A stretch of 64,000 nt of DNA from NCBI GenBank assembly GCA_963749655.1, contig CAVVOB010000038.1, positions 96,001 to 160,000 on the forward strand, read 5' to 3'. Below are positions 31,739 to 41,621 of the stretch, piece by piece; positions within the stretch are counted from its first letter, which is position 1, and each line of letters starts with the position of its first letter. Below the pieces are notes generated by a model that did not search any database, was not told the DNA's origin, and worked only from the letters and a program-made list of their open reading frames with translations. The translations under genes and the position numbers were made by a program. This DNA is from Nitrospirota bacterium. GTDB lineage: Bacteria > Nitrospirota > UBA9217.

Positions 31739-33115
31739 ATGTCTGAGAACAACGAGCATACCCTCGCTGCCAAAAGCGCAAAACAGGTGAACGATGAATT
31801 GCTCACCTCGATGCGGCCCCCGACCCTTCGCTGGTACTTGCTCATTGCCGGCCTCAGCGTGGTGATTGCCTGGGGCATGCTTGCTTTCGCCTACCAGGTG
31901 ATGACCGGTATGAGCGTGACCGGCAAGAACCGTCCCGTCATGTGGGCGCTCTATATCACGGGCTTCGTGTTCTGGGTAGGCATGTCCCATTCCGGAACCA
32001 TGGTTTCCGCCATCCTGCGCCTTTCCCAGGCCAACTGGCGCCGGCCGATCCTGCGCGCGGCCGAGGCGATGACCGTGTTCACGATCAGCATCGCGGCCCT
32101 GTTTCCGTTCATTCATCTGGGGCGCAACTGGGTCGTGCACTATTTTCTTCCCTATCCGAACCAGCGCGGATTGTGGCCGAATTTCCGATCGCCCCTGCTT
32201 TGGGACATAACGGCGATCACGACCTACATCATCGGGAGCAGTCTCTTCCTCTATCTGGGAATGATCCCCGATCTGGCAATCGTCCGCGACCGCACGCCCG
32301 AAGGATGGAGGAAAAGGATCTATTCAATTCTTGCGATGGGATGGCGCGGAACGGCACGGGAGTGGATCATCTACCAGAAGGCCTCGACGCTCATGGCGGC
32401 CTTGATCATCCCGGTGGCGGTCTCGGTGCATTCCATCGTTGCCTGGGACTTTGCAGTCACCGTGGTTCCCGGCTGGCACAGCACGATCTTTCCGCCCTAT
32501 TTCGTGATCGGCGCGATCACGTCCGGCGTTGCCGCGGTCATCACGCTCATGATCATCATTCGCCGGGTCTTTCACCTCGAGGAATATCTCACGCCGCTCC
32601 ACTTCGACAATATGGGGAAAATCCTGCTGGTCATCTGCCTGCTCTGGTCCTACGCCTATTTCGTCGATGTGAATATCACCTGGTATGCTCATGAACCGAT
32701 CGAGTGGGAGACGTTCAGCTTCATGGCGGGCAGGTATACGCCGCTCCTGATCCTGATGCTTTTCGGCAATTCGCTGCTGCCGATCACGGTTCTCTGCTTC
32801 AAGAAGCTGCGGCGTAATATCAAGGTCATGCTGTTCGTTACGCTCCTGATCAACGTCTGCATGTTCATCGAACGGTTCCTGATCATCGTGCCGTCGCTCT
32901 CGCACAAGAATATGCCGTTCATCTGGCACTCCTATTCACCCTCGCTGGTTGAAAGTTCCATCAATGCGGCTGCCCTTGCAGGCTTCGTGCTGCTGTATGC
33001 GCTTTTCACGAAGTTCTTCCCGATTGTGGCGGTATCGGACGTGCGGGAACTCGGAGTGCGGCACAGGGATGTCAAAATCGGCCGGGCGGAGGTGCATTCG
33101 ATTTCAGAAGAGTAG
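31739..33115 (+). CDS. NrfD-family quinol-interacting subunit (ActC/QrcD-like)
   Basis: FVFWVGMSHSGT, RAAEAMT, HLGR, PNFRSPLLWD, SVHSIV.WDF..PGWHSTIFPPYF. Confidence 0.93.
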   Translation: MSENNEHTLAAKSAKQVNDELLTSMRPPTLRWYLLIAGLSVVIAWGMLAFAYQVMTGMSVTGKNRPVMWALYITGFVFWVGMSHSGTMVSAILRLSQANWRRPILRAAEAMTVFTISIAALFPFIHLGRNWVVHYFLPYPNQRGLWPNFRSPLLWDITAITTYIIGSSLFLYLGMIPDLAIVRDRTPEGWRKRIYSILAMGWRGTAREWIIYQKASTLMAALIIPVAVSVHSIVAWDFAVTVVPGWHSTIFPPYFVIGAITSGVAAVITLMIIIRRVFHLEEYLTPLHFDNMGKILLVICLLWSYAYFVDVNITWYAHEPIEWETFSFMAGRYTPLLILMLFGNSLLPITVLCFKKLRRNIKVMLFVTLLINVCMFIERFLIIVPSLSHKNMPFIWHSYSPSLVESSINAAALAGFVLLYALFTKFFPIVAVSDVRELGVRHRDVKIGRAEVHSISEE

Positions 33116-33231
33116 TCGGTAAAGCGCAGAGGGCATAGGGCATGGAGCATAGAGTCAAGAGTCTGGTGCATGGCGGAAAAGGTTTAACCCTATGCGCCGT
33201 GCCCTCTGCCCTATGCTGACAGGAGTTGCAA

Positions 33232-33729
33232 ATGGAAACAGTGGGAACATTCAAAGATGTCGAGACCGCGACCGGGGCCGTGGACGCGTTGATCAAGGCG
33301 GGCTTTCCCGAGGAAACGCTCACGTCGCTCACGTCTACGCCTTATCCCAACGGCGTTATCGTAAAGACCGATCAGCGCACGTGGTTCCGCTGGGTCTCTG
33401 CCGGAGGCGGCATTGTCGGCGCCTTCGCGGGTTTTGCACTGGCAGCGGGCACGTCTTACCTGTATCCCGTACAGACCGGGGACAAACCGATCATCTCCCC
33501 GTTTCCGACGGGAATCATTACGTATGAGCTGACCATGCTCTTCGCCATGATGGGCGTGATCATCGGCATGTTCTTCGAGATGAGGCTTCCGCCCCGGAAG
33601 GAACAGGTTTACGATCCGGCAATCGGCGACGGCGCCATCGGGATCTGTGTTACCGTTGAATCCCGGGAAAAGATGACCAAAGCAGCGAAGATCATGGAAG
33701 CTTCAGGCGCTTTCGCGATCAAACATTAG
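33232..33729 (+). CDS. ActD/DUF3341-like membrane subunit
   Basis: Two TM helices, GDKP...P...ITYELTML; operon position. Confidence 0.75.
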   Translation: METVGTFKDVETATGAVDALIKAGFPEETLTSLTSTPYPNGVIVKTDQRTWFRWVSAGGGIVGAFAGFALAAGTSYLYPVQTGDKPIISPFPTGIITYELTMLFAMMGVIIGMFFEMRLPPRKEQVYDPAIGDGAIGICVTVESREKMTKAAKIMEASGAFAIKH

Positions 33730-33865
33730 ACAGAACCGAATCTTGGAACCGCCAGGGCGCGAAGGACGCGAAAAACGTCTGACTAAAAAGAAATAAGGGT
33801 ACGATTTCCTCGCGCTCTTTGCGCCCTGGCGGTGAATGCTTTTGATTCTCAGGTTGGAGAAAATA

Positions 33866-34321
33866 ATGAATCTTATTCCAAAACTTGTCATTCTTGCTGC
33901 GGTGCCTCTTCTCATGGCGGCAATCTGGATGGATGACCAGCAGTCCTATAAACCGTACAAGGCACCGGTTCTGTCCCCGCCTGTTGGATCCGTGCCTGTT
34001 ACCGGCAGGGAGATGGTTACGCAGGCATCGGAGCTGAAGAATCCCGTGCCTCCGACCGCTGAATCAGTGGCAGCGGGAAAGACGCTCTTCGAGACGAATT
34101 GCCTCATATGCCATGGCCAGACCTCCGTGGAGCGGGGCCCGGTGGGCAAAAAACTCGTGCCGCCTCCGCCCGGCCTCGATCCCGTCATGGTGAAAGGCCT
34201 GAGCGACTCGACCATCTTCAAGGCCGTTACCTTCGGTTTCGGCCGCATGCCGGTCTTCCAGGACAAACTTACCCCGCAGGAGCGATGGAACCTGGTCAAT
34301 TTCCTGCGGACCCGCAAGTGA
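33866..34321 (+). CDS. Monoheme cytochrome c (ActE-like)
   Basis: MDDQQSYKPY, PPVGSVP, NPVP, CLICHG, GFGRMP, RWNLVNFL. Confidence 0.85.
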   Translation: MNLIPKLVILAAVPLLMAAIWMDDQQSYKPYKAPVLSPPVGSVPVTGREMVTQASELKNPVPPTAESVAAGKTLFETNCLICHGQTSVERGPVGKKLVPPPPGLDPVMVKGLSDSTIFKAVTFGFGRMPVFQDKLTPQERWNLVNFLRTRK

Positions 34322-34530
34322 ACGCAAAGAGAACTTGGATACTGATTGCCTGCACCGGGCCGTCTGAAAGACCTGCACGTCTGATTATTCCTTCTTCAAA
34401 CATCCAGCGAAAAAGCCTTTTCTTAAAACGTAAAAAGCGTTAAACTGCAGGAATTCACTGTTCCGAAGTCCGCTGGAGAGGTCGCCGGGACAGTACGGCG
34501 AATCTTCGTTGGCGTACAGGGAGAGAGTTC

Positions 34531-35754
34531 ATGATCGATCGCTGGTTTTCCGGTTTTTTGTTGAAGGCAGCTGCATTGTCGGGCTGTCTCCTTTTCTTTC
34601 TGGCCGCCTGCGCGAAGCCGCCGATGCCGCAGGTGACAAGGCCCGAGGATGCCCTTACACGGATCGCTTCGCACCGAATGTCGATCCGCGACGATATGGA
34701 CCTGAAGGACACTGCCGCATCGGTGCGGCAGAGCCTGGAGTATTATCAGAAGATTCCTCCCGAGTCCACCTTTGTATTCGGCCCCGACCGCGTGACGGCC
34801 CTCGATATGACCGTTACGCTCCAGAACTTTCTCCTGATCGTTGACAACGCTTCCCTGTCCCCGGAGCAGAAGCTCGCGCGCATCATGCGGGAGTTCTCCT
34901 TCTACCGCGCCGTGGGATCGGACGGGAAGGGCAGGGTGCTGTTCACCGGCTACTACGAACCCACGCTGTCCTGCCGCATCGCCGCAGACGATATTTTCCG
35001 CTATCCGATCTACCGCAGGCCCGACGACATCATCGAGGTCGACCTCTCGCAGTTCGGCAACGATCTGCCGAAGAACAGGCTCTTCGGCAGGCTCGACGGC
35101 AAGAAGGTGGTCCCCTATTTCACGCGCGAAGAGATCGACCGCAAGAAGGCCCTTGCCGGCAGGTCGCTGGAGATCCTCTGGTGCAGCGACATCGTGGACA
35201 TTTACGTGCTCCAGGTGCAGGGCTCGGGCAAGGTGGACCTGGGCGAGGACAACATCATGAGCGTGCTCTACGACGGCCAGAACGGCCGGCCCTATAAAAG
35301 CATCGGCAAATACCTGATCGATACGGGCGCCATGGCCAAAGAGGGGATGTCCATGCAGGCGATCCGCCAGTATCTTCGCGACCATCCGGACAAACTCTCC
35401 GACGTCCTTAACCAGAACCAGAGCTATGTTTTTTTCCGCCTCGATACAGGCCCGTCGCTCGGCAACATCGGCGTGGCGCTCACGGCGGGCCGCTCCATCG
35501 CCACGGACAGCAGGCTCTATCCCAAGGGCGCGCTGGGGTTCATCGCGGCCCGGAAGCCGCTCATCGAGGACGGCGTGATCAAGGAGTGGATCCCCTTCAC
35601 CCGCTTTGTCGTGAACCAGGACACGGGCGGCGCGATCAAGGGGCCGGGCAGAGTTGATCTGTTCTGCGGCCGCGGCGGCGAGGCGGAGCTCTTCGCGGGA
35701 AACCTCAGGCAGGAAGGCGAGCTTTATTTCCTGGTGAGGAAGAAAGAGCAGTGA
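34531..35754 (+). CDS. mltA: Membrane-bound lytic murein transglycosylase A
   Basis: Lipobox LAAC, FTGYYEP, LQVQGSG, NQSYVFF, QDTGGAIKG..RVDLF.G. Confidence 0.93.
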   Translation: MIDRWFSGFLLKAAALSGCLLFFLAACAKPPMPQVTRPEDALTRIASHRMSIRDDMDLKDTAASVRQSLEYYQKIPPESTFVFGPDRVTALDMTVTLQNFLLIVDNASLSPEQKLARIMREFSFYRAVGSDGKGRVLFTGYYEPTLSCRIAADDIFRYPIYRRPDDIIEVDLSQFGNDLPKNRLFGRLDGKKVVPYFTREEIDRKKALAGRSLEILWCSDIVDIYVLQVQGSGKVDLGEDNIMSVLYDGQNGRPYKSIGKYLIDTGAMAKEGMSMQAIRQYLRDHPDKLSDVLNQNQSYVFFRLDTGPSLGNIGVALTAGRSIATDSRLYPKGALGFIAARKPLIEDGVIKEWIPFTRFVVNQDTGGAIKGPGRVDLFCGRGGEAELFAGNLRQEGELYFLVRKKEQ

Positions 35755-36011
35755 ACCTTTCGTTTTTGCGCTGAGGGTATGACACCTTTTAAACTGCCGA
35801 ACCTGTCTCGCGCCAAGCCGCCAAGTCGCAAAGAAAGCAAAGCAGTAAAAATGCGAGTTTCAACTTTCCTAATTTTGACTGAACTTTGCGTCTTTGCGCT
35901 TTTGTGCGAGATATCGATTTCTCATTGCTCTTTAGGCAAACCATCTGTCCTTGCTTCTCTTCCCCTCAATACCTCGGTATTAGAATCCGAAACGTGCAAT
36001 ATTGTGGCGCC

Positions 36012-36039
36012 TTGACAATGACCAGTGCGGTGATAGTAT
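36012..36039 (+). promoter_or_regulatory. Putative sigma70 promoter
   Basis: TTGACA-N16-TAGTAT with an extended -10 TGn, upstream of the 36084 ORF. Confidence 0.55.
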
Positions 36040-36083
36040 AAAGTTAGGATTATATACTACATCAAGAAAAGAGGCGATGAGTT

Positions 36084-36392
36084 ATGAAGGCAGCGTTATT
36101 GGTAGTATTTGTATTGGTGCTTGCTCTTACTTTTGGCGTAGCCTATGCAGAAATGGCCGAAGTCTCGCTGGACAATGGTATAACCTACTCCTATCTCGCG
36201 AAGACTGACTGTGCCAGCGTGCGCGGCGCCGGAGCGGGCGGTGTGATTCCTTCGGCTGAACCGGTGCTCATGAACGGGATCACCCATTTCGAACTGGCTC
36301 TGCCGGGGACGATGCCCACAGGGCTGTGTGCGGGAGCATCGCGCATCGAGGCGCCCAAGCCGTGGCTGAACAACGGGATTACGAGTTTCTAG
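36084..36392 (+). CDS. Small secreted protein with three NGIT repeats
   Basis: Signal peptide ending AYA; LDNGITY, LMNGITHF, LNNGITSF; own promoter and terminator. Confidence 0.7.
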   Translation: MKAALLVVFVLVLALTFGVAYAEMAEVSLDNGITYSYLAKTDCASVRGAGAGGVIPSAEPVLMNGITHFELALPGTMPTGLCAGASRIEAPKPWLNNGITSF

Positions 36393-36493
36393 CGAGGGAT
36401 GGAGGCTCGGGCCGGCAAGAGACAAATGGAGTAAGGAACAAGAGGTAGAAGCAGGAGGTAATCTCTATTGCGTGCGAGGATAACGTTCGAACG

Positions 36494-36522
36494 AACAGGC
36501 TCAACTTGAGCCTGTTTTTTTT
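36494..36522 (+). terminator. Rho-independent terminator
   Basis: AACAGGCTCA-ACT-TGAGCCTGTT followed by a T-run. Confidence 0.85.
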
Positions 36523-36572
36523 GTGCCTTCAGCGGCCCCATCGGCCATTTCTATAAGGACGACGCGCCTCCA

Positions 36573-37241
36573 TCAACGGAAGATCGCCCCTTGCGTAGCG
36601 CCGTGGTTCGTTGCTTCGTCGTAATGCCGTTCGTCGTCGTTCAGCTTTTTCATGCGCTCGTGGGACAGCGCCCTTACCGCCCGGTCCAGATCAGAACAGG
36701 TAGTCGCGGGGGGCATTTCCGAAATCACGCGGGAGAGGTCCTCTGCCGCCTCAACAGCCATGTCGCGGTGCTCGTTTTCATGGACGATGAGGTTCTCCAT
36801 GTAGGAGCTCCATTTTTCCGCAAGCGTCAAAGGCGCATGCTCGGTCCGCAGCCATCGGGGATAGCGAAAAACAATGTCCACGTTCACCTGGAACCCGTCG
36901 GCGCTGCAGGCCTGCGAATCAGCCGAATATCCGTAATGCCACTTCACGTGCCAGCTGGTGACGGACTCGTACCTTTTCCCGTCGTCCCAGGGAATGCCTT
37001 TCTTCCCCAGGTCGCGAATCAGGTCGTTTTCGCAGCTTCCCTGGACATCATAGTACTCGTATTGCTCGGTGACGCTCGGCGGGAGGGTGGTCGATTTCTT
37101 CCCGACAGGAAGGTTCTTTGAAACGCTGGCGACCATCACGGCCTTGTCGCCTGCCGACGCCGTGGCGGCCATCATCACACAGACCAGGCATGCAGCTATC
37201 CCTCTTGGTACCTTCATGATTGCGGGAACTCCTTGCGGCAA
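36573..37241 (-). CDS. DUF922-like secreted Zn-dependent protease
   Basis: Signal peptide, YYDVQG, T.WHVKW, HENEH, YDEATNHGATQG. Confidence 0.8.
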   Translation of the reverse strand: MPQGVPAIMKVPRGIAACLVCVMMAATASAGDKAVMVASVSKNLPVGKKSTTLPPSVTEQYEYYDVQGSCENDLIRDLGKKGIPWDDGKRYESVTSWHVKWHYGYSADSQACSADGFQVNVDIVFRYPRWLRTEHAPLTLAEKWSSYMENLIVHENEHRDMAVEAAEDLSRVISEMPPATTCSDLDRAVRALSHERMKKLNDDERHYDEATNHGATQGAIFR

Positions 37242-37533
37242 TATAATTTTGCTGAGGGGCTCTCTCCGGCGGACAACAGGCGGGATGAGTACTGCGGAAC
37301 AGCGCGAGCCCGGTTGCCGGGCCTCTTCAGGTCCGGCACATTTTCCCCATAATACGACTGCCGTGATTATGAAAGCAAGAGAGAAACGACAGGACTGGAG
37401 CGCCTAAAATTGTAATTTGAGTCACAGAATTATTTCAGTCGACCGGATCATGGCATCGCAGGGGCGAACGGCCGTGCGCCCCTGCAGAAGTATTGGCGCA
37501 GGACGGTCTCGCACGGCTGCCCGCAGAACCCGG

Positions 37534-37983
37534 TCAGCTCCAGGGTTTGAAGACCATGAGGTAGAGGATCGCGATCACGACAAATCCCCCTCCCGCACCG
37601 AGGGCCCTTCCGAGCAGCGACATCCGTTGGTAGGTGCCGGAAGCCGGTCCGGCTGCATCTGACAATTTTATTTGCTTGTGAAGAACGACCTGGGAAGCTG
37701 CCACCAGAACAAGGCCGAGCGCCCACAGGGCCATGGCTGTCTCGATCCATGGCGTCGTGAGCAACCAGGTCAGATGGACCATCCATAGGCCTGTCAGAAG
37801 CATGAGGGTGTACCCGGGAAGAACGAACACCCAGACAAGCCGTTCAATGGCGCGGAGCACGAAAGGGCCGTGCACAGGGTGGTCCCCGTAGAATTCAAGC
37901 ACGATGCCGAGCCCCGCGCTCGTTCCCAGGGCAAGGATCGCGATCAGGATGTGGATGAACTTTATGAAGACGTAGTCGATCAT
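37534..37983 (-). CDS. DUF2269-like integral membrane protein
   Basis: KFIHIL..G..G, TGLWM, PW, YLMVFKP; the likely start is ATG 37983, not the longer ORF call. Confidence 0.75.
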   Translation of the reverse strand: MIDYVFIKFIHILIAILALGTSAGLGIVLEFYGDHPVHGPFVLRAIERLVWVFVLPGYTLMLLTGLWMVHLTWLLTTPWIETAMALWALGLVLVAASQVVLHKQIKLSDAAGPASGTYQRMSLLGRALGAGGGFVVIAILYLMVFKPWS

Positions 37984-37999
37984 GACAAATATGAGCCGA

Positions 38000-38324
38000 T
38001 CAGCCCTCTGCGGCCCTCTCCGCTTTGACGTCATAATGCTGTGACCGTTCGTCAAAACGGGGAAGGAGTGCCCGCGCCTTTGCCGGTACGACGGCTGCTT
38101 CGTAGTCTTCCCCTGCGAACTCGCGGACAGCGTCCAGGGTATCAAACACCGTGACCGTGACGAATTCAACTTCTTTTCCGACACTGCGGCGCAGCAGCCG
38201 GATGTTCTTGAAGCCGCTGATTTCGGCGGTTTTGAATATTTACGAAAATCTCCTCTTTCAGAAGGGCTTCGTATTTGTCCGCGTTCGAGGGGATTGTCCA
38301 GCCATGCCAGATGCGCGCGATCAT
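38000..38324 (-). CDS. Antibiotic-biosynthesis-monooxygenase-like protein, +1 frameshift near 38222 (absent from the ORF track)
   Basis: Manual translation: MIARIWHGWT..NADKYEALLKEEIF..(+1)..EVEFVTVTVFDTLDAVREFAGEDYEAAVVP.KARALL.RFD. Confidence 0.75.
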
Positions 38325-38689
38325 GTTTCATGCCTCCTGATTTCAGGATACCATGATCGGATGCCTGCCGGGGGGGATGGAAAATATTATTGTATTCTCA
38401 AAACAATGCAGGAATACAATATAGTTGTGCCCTACCTGTCATATTGATGCCCGCCGGGATGCGTTCATGAACACAAATATCGAAAGGACACTTAGGACAC
38501 TACGTTTCCAAGTTAGATTTGTGATGCAGAGCGCCGGGTACGTCCAGTCGGGCTTGGCGTGGCATGCTGCGAGTCTAAGGGGAAAGGGGACTCCTATCAA
38601 GTACAATGACACTCGGGACACAACGAGGTTCCAATAATTTTCGTCACTTGAAATAAACTTCCGGTTTCATGCCTGTCCTTTTAAGAACT

Positions 38690-38759
38690 AACTAACGTTC
38701 AAGGTCAGAGGCGCTGCGCGGCTTTATCGCGCAGCGTCCCCTGCACCGCAGGGTTGAGC
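38690..38759 (-). other. attC site (distal end of the array)
   Basis: GCTCAAC ... GTTAGTT on the minus strand just after a stop codon; stem GGT-CAG/CTG-C-ACC and GCGCTGCGCG/CGCGCAGCGT. Confidence 0.85.
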
Positions 38760-38760
38760 G

Positions 38761-39171
38761 TCATTTGCATGCCACAAAGGAACGTTCAAGCGTCTGCGTC
38801 ATTGCAGCGCTACCAAGCTCGACCATCTGCCCTATTGGCACACGCATTTCGTCTGGCAGGAGGTCAGTGACCCACAACACACGAGACTGACCGTTTGGAG
38901 ATGGGAAGACTTGAAGATATGCATTGTGATGTGATGCACGGCCTTCAACCGCAGTGTACGCAAGCCTGCGATCTTGATCACTGACGGTGATGATCCGTTC
39001 CTTTACAACGAATCCGTTCGCAAAAGTGACCGTTCGGATATCGCCGGCCAGCACCGTGTTCGTGACGAAGCCTTGCGCGAGACGTGTATGAACCGAACCC
39101 ACATCCTTGATTGCCTCCCAGACGAACTGAGGCGTTGCGCTGACAATGAATTCTTTGTAGATAGTGGCCAT
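38761..39171 (-). CDS. Gene cassette: SRPBCC/polyketide-cyclase family protein
   Basis: VWEAIKDVG, RTVTFANG..ERI, RLAY; flanked by attC sites. Confidence 0.85.
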   Translation of the reverse strand: MATIYKEFIVSATPQFVWEAIKDVGSVHTRLAQGFVTNTVLAGDIRTVTFANGFVVKERIITVSDQDRRLAYTAVEGRASHHNAYLQVFPSPNGQSRVLWVTDLLPDEMRVPIGQMVELGSAAMTQTLERSFVACK

Positions 39172-39209
39172 TTCTGCTCCTTACGTTATGCACCCGAGGT
39201 GTCTATGAC

Positions 39210-39258
39210 GCCCAACGACGAGTTGATCCGCCTTGGCGGCTCGAACGACTCGTTGGGC
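39210..39258 (-). other. Very short attC site (49 bp)
   Basis: GCCCAAC-N6-TTGATCCGCC-TT-GGCGGCTC(G)AA-N6-GTTGGGC; fully complementary R boxes and an extrahelical G. Confidence 0.75.
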
Positions 39259-39432
39259 TTCAATATTTTGTCTTTAGACCGTCTGGCTCACTCAGCGGTC
39301 GAAGGCCGCTTATCAATCACCATTTCCGCGATGCTCCCGAGCTATCCTGATGAATTCGTTATTCAAGTCGATGAACCTGCCATGGCCGATTTCAATGACT
39401 TCGAGCGCGTCCTCCTCGCCCCCTAGTTGAAA

Positions 39433-41175
39433 TCAGTGGTACTGGTACGCGCCGCTCGAGGGCGATGAAGCAAAAGAAAATCCGGTGTAGTCCTCGGTAA
39501 CGCCGACAGAGGAACTTCCGAGAGTCTTGCATACCGACGAATTCAACAGTGCGAAGTCCGCGTTCGCGGTATCAGTCATATCAACAGTACCACCGATTCC
39601 ATGAGATTCAAAACCCGTCGAGCCTGTAAATGCCGAGACAAGATTGTATGCAGTTTCGCCATAGCCGAACATGTTCAGATGTTCGCTATAGCAGTTATTA
39701 TCGATAACAGCGCCGGTCAAGGTAAGTGCGGAATAGAGATGCGTGGATGAACCATAAAAAATATTGTTCTGGATCTTCGCGGTTGCGGCGCCGCTCCAAT
39801 TAAAGACGGCCATATTGATCGTGGTGTTCTCCGAGAGAGTATTTTGAAATAGTTCGAACCCTTCTGCAGTCGGGGAATTATAGGCTATCCCGTAGCCTCT
39901 GTTATGGTGGATCAGTGAGGAGGTCAGCCGCAATTTGGCGCTTGTCGCTGTCGTCTCCTGCAAGCTGATCCCGTTGTCGTTGTCAGTGATGTTCATCCTG
40001 TGCATGCTGACGTTGCTAATATCTCCGGCCAGCTTCACACCGTCTCCTATAGATCCTGAGATGGTCGTTGTATCGATCTGAACGTTGCTGATGCTGCCTG
40101 CCCCGTTGTCGGCTACTATGCGAATGCCGTAGCCCTCCGTCCCGTATCGCCTGCCGCTCCAACCGCGGCCCGAGTTCGTTATGGTCGTTTCGGAAATCAG
40201 CACCCCGGTCATAGTGCTGTTTGTTGTGCCGCCGTTGTCCAATACGGAAACTTCGATCCCTGCAAACCCGCAGGAACTGATCTGTGAATTTCTGATCGAG
40301 ATTGAAGACATCGTCTGGCCGGATACCCATGTCTGAGGAGATATGCCGCTGTCGAATATGTCGTTTATCGTTACTCCATCAACCACGCCGTTTGTCGAAG
40401 AATTGTCGTACTCGACGCCGTTCCCTGCATACAGGAGGGGAGCAGTCATGATCACCGCGCCGCCGCCCTTTGAAAGGATCGAGTTATAGACCTCGCAGCG
40501 GACGCAATCTTCATAGTGAACGCCGTGCAGACTGAAACGAGTGATCTCGACGTTTTTTACGATAATGTCACTCTTCAATTTTGCAGTAATGCCGAAGATC
40601 TTGACGCTGGCTCGATATACATTTCCCGAAGGCGACGATGCCGGTTTGATGTATAGTTTGGAAGGATACTCATAAGAAAAAGTGCCGACAGGCGCACCCA
40701 AAAAGGTGGTGGCAGCATTTGTAGACCAGGCCAGGAACGACATCATCACGTCATTCTCGGACAGATTTCCTAGGGCTTCGTTCACGCCAAGGGTCATCGT
40801 AGAACTGCTATAAAGGCCGCCGCCTTCGTCTGTCCAGCCAGTTATTTCCTTTGACCCGTCAATCTTTGGCAGCATTCCGGTTCCATATGAATCGATCGTG
40901 ATCCCCGAAGACGGAATTATCAGTTGTTCATACCAGACGCTCCCGCGCTTCAGGTAGATCATTGATCCGAATGGGATAGAAGATGTGGACACCTTTGCCA
41001 GAGATTGCCAGGGAGATAAACTTGTGCCCGCATTGGAATCGCTTCCACTCGCAGCATCCACGTAAAACTGTTTCTGCGGCGGGGGAGATGAAGAACCTCC
41101 ACTGCTGCATGATATCGAAAAAATACTAGATGCAAATACAGTCACCATCAGAACCCGGTAAAAGATCGACTTCAT
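39433..41175 (-). CDS. Cassette gene: lipoprotein with right-handed beta-helix (pectate-lyase-like) repeats
   Basis: Lipobox SISC, FYVDAASGSDSNAGT..PWQSL, YLKRG, repeated N/S/T-rich beta-helix strands. Confidence 0.8.
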   Translation of the reverse strand: MKSIFYRVLMVTVFASSIFSISCSSGGSSSPPPQKQFYVDAASGSDSNAGTSLSPWQSLAKVSTSSIPFGSMIYLKRGSVWYEQLIIPSSGITIDSYGTGMLPKIDGSKEITGWTDEGGGLYSSSTMTLGVNEALGNLSENDVMMSFLAWSTNAATTFLGAPVGTFSYEYPSKLYIKPASSPSGNVYRASVKIFGITAKLKSDIIVKNVEITRFSLHGVHYEDCVRCEVYNSILSKGGGAVIMTAPLLYAGNGVEYDNSSTNGVVDGVTINDIFDSGISPQTWVSGQTMSSISIRNSQISSCGFAGIEVSVLDNGGTTNSTMTGVLISETTITNSGRGWSGRRYGTEGYGIRIVADNGAGSISNVQIDTTTISGSIGDGVKLAGDISNVSMHRMNITDNDNGISLQETTATSAKLRLTSSLIHHNRGYGIAYNSPTAEGFELFQNTLSENTTINMAVFNWSGAATAKIQNNIFYGSSTHLYSALTLTGAVIDNNCYSEHLNMFGYGETAYNLVSAFTGSTGFESHGIGGTVDMTDTANADFALLNSSVCKTLGSSSVGVTEDYTGFSFASSPSSGAYQYH

Positions 41176-41203
41176 CTTGCCTCCAGTGCGGTTCCAGCGG
41201 GAT

Positions 41204-41262
41204 TGATATCACGCGGCTGACGCGCCGCTTTTGGCGCGTCGCAGTCGAGCGCCTGGTTGGAA
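41204..41262 (-). other. attC site with a non-canonical GAT core at R'
   Basis: Same repeat family as 42273, 44955 and 52488 (CTGACGCGCC..GGCGCGTCGCAGTCGAG); ATC stands where AAC is expected. Confidence 0.75.
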
Positions 41263-41285
41263 TGCTTGCATGGTATAGAGACGGC

Positions 41286-41618
41286 TTAGACGTGAGCTAA
41301 GGCAGGTAATCTTTTTATCTTCTTTATCTCTTTTGCAGTTGATGAGTGGGTCACATGATATAAATCCCACGCTAACTGTAAATTAAGCCAAAACTGCGCC
41401 TCCATGCCGAATAGCTTCTCCAGACGAAGTGCTGTGTCAGGGGTAATCCCCCGCTTCGCATGAATCAGTTCATTAACGCGAGGGTATGAAACTCCGAGCT
41501 TCTCCGCCAACTCGCTCTGTGTTATTTTCAGAGGTTTGAGAAACTCCTCCAACAGCATTTCGCCGGGATGCGTCGGCGGACCATATTTAGGTATGCGTAC
41601 CATCTTCTTCTCCTTCAC
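41286..41618 (-). CDS. higA: HigA-family antitoxin
   Basis: PTHPGEMLLEEFLKPL, HTH, ITPDTALRL, FWLNLQ. Confidence 0.93.
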   Translation of the reverse strand: MKEKKMVRIPKYGPPTHPGEMLLEEFLKPLKITQSELAEKLGVSYPRVNELIHAKRGITPDTALRLEKLFGMEAQFWLNLQLAWDLYHVTHSSTAKEIKKIKRLPALAHV

Positions 41619-41621
41619 TCT

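Noticed and set aside
37984-38331. N-terminal 116 aa of the 265-aa ORF
   Set aside because: Out-of-frame overlap with a separate frameshifted ABM-like gene; the membrane protein probably starts at 37983.
39390-39432. Possible tiny attC (TTTCAAC...ATTGAAA) after the 580-aa gene
   Set aside because: Only a 4-bp inner stem with no proper extrahelical pattern, and the sequence reads as part of a coding remnant.
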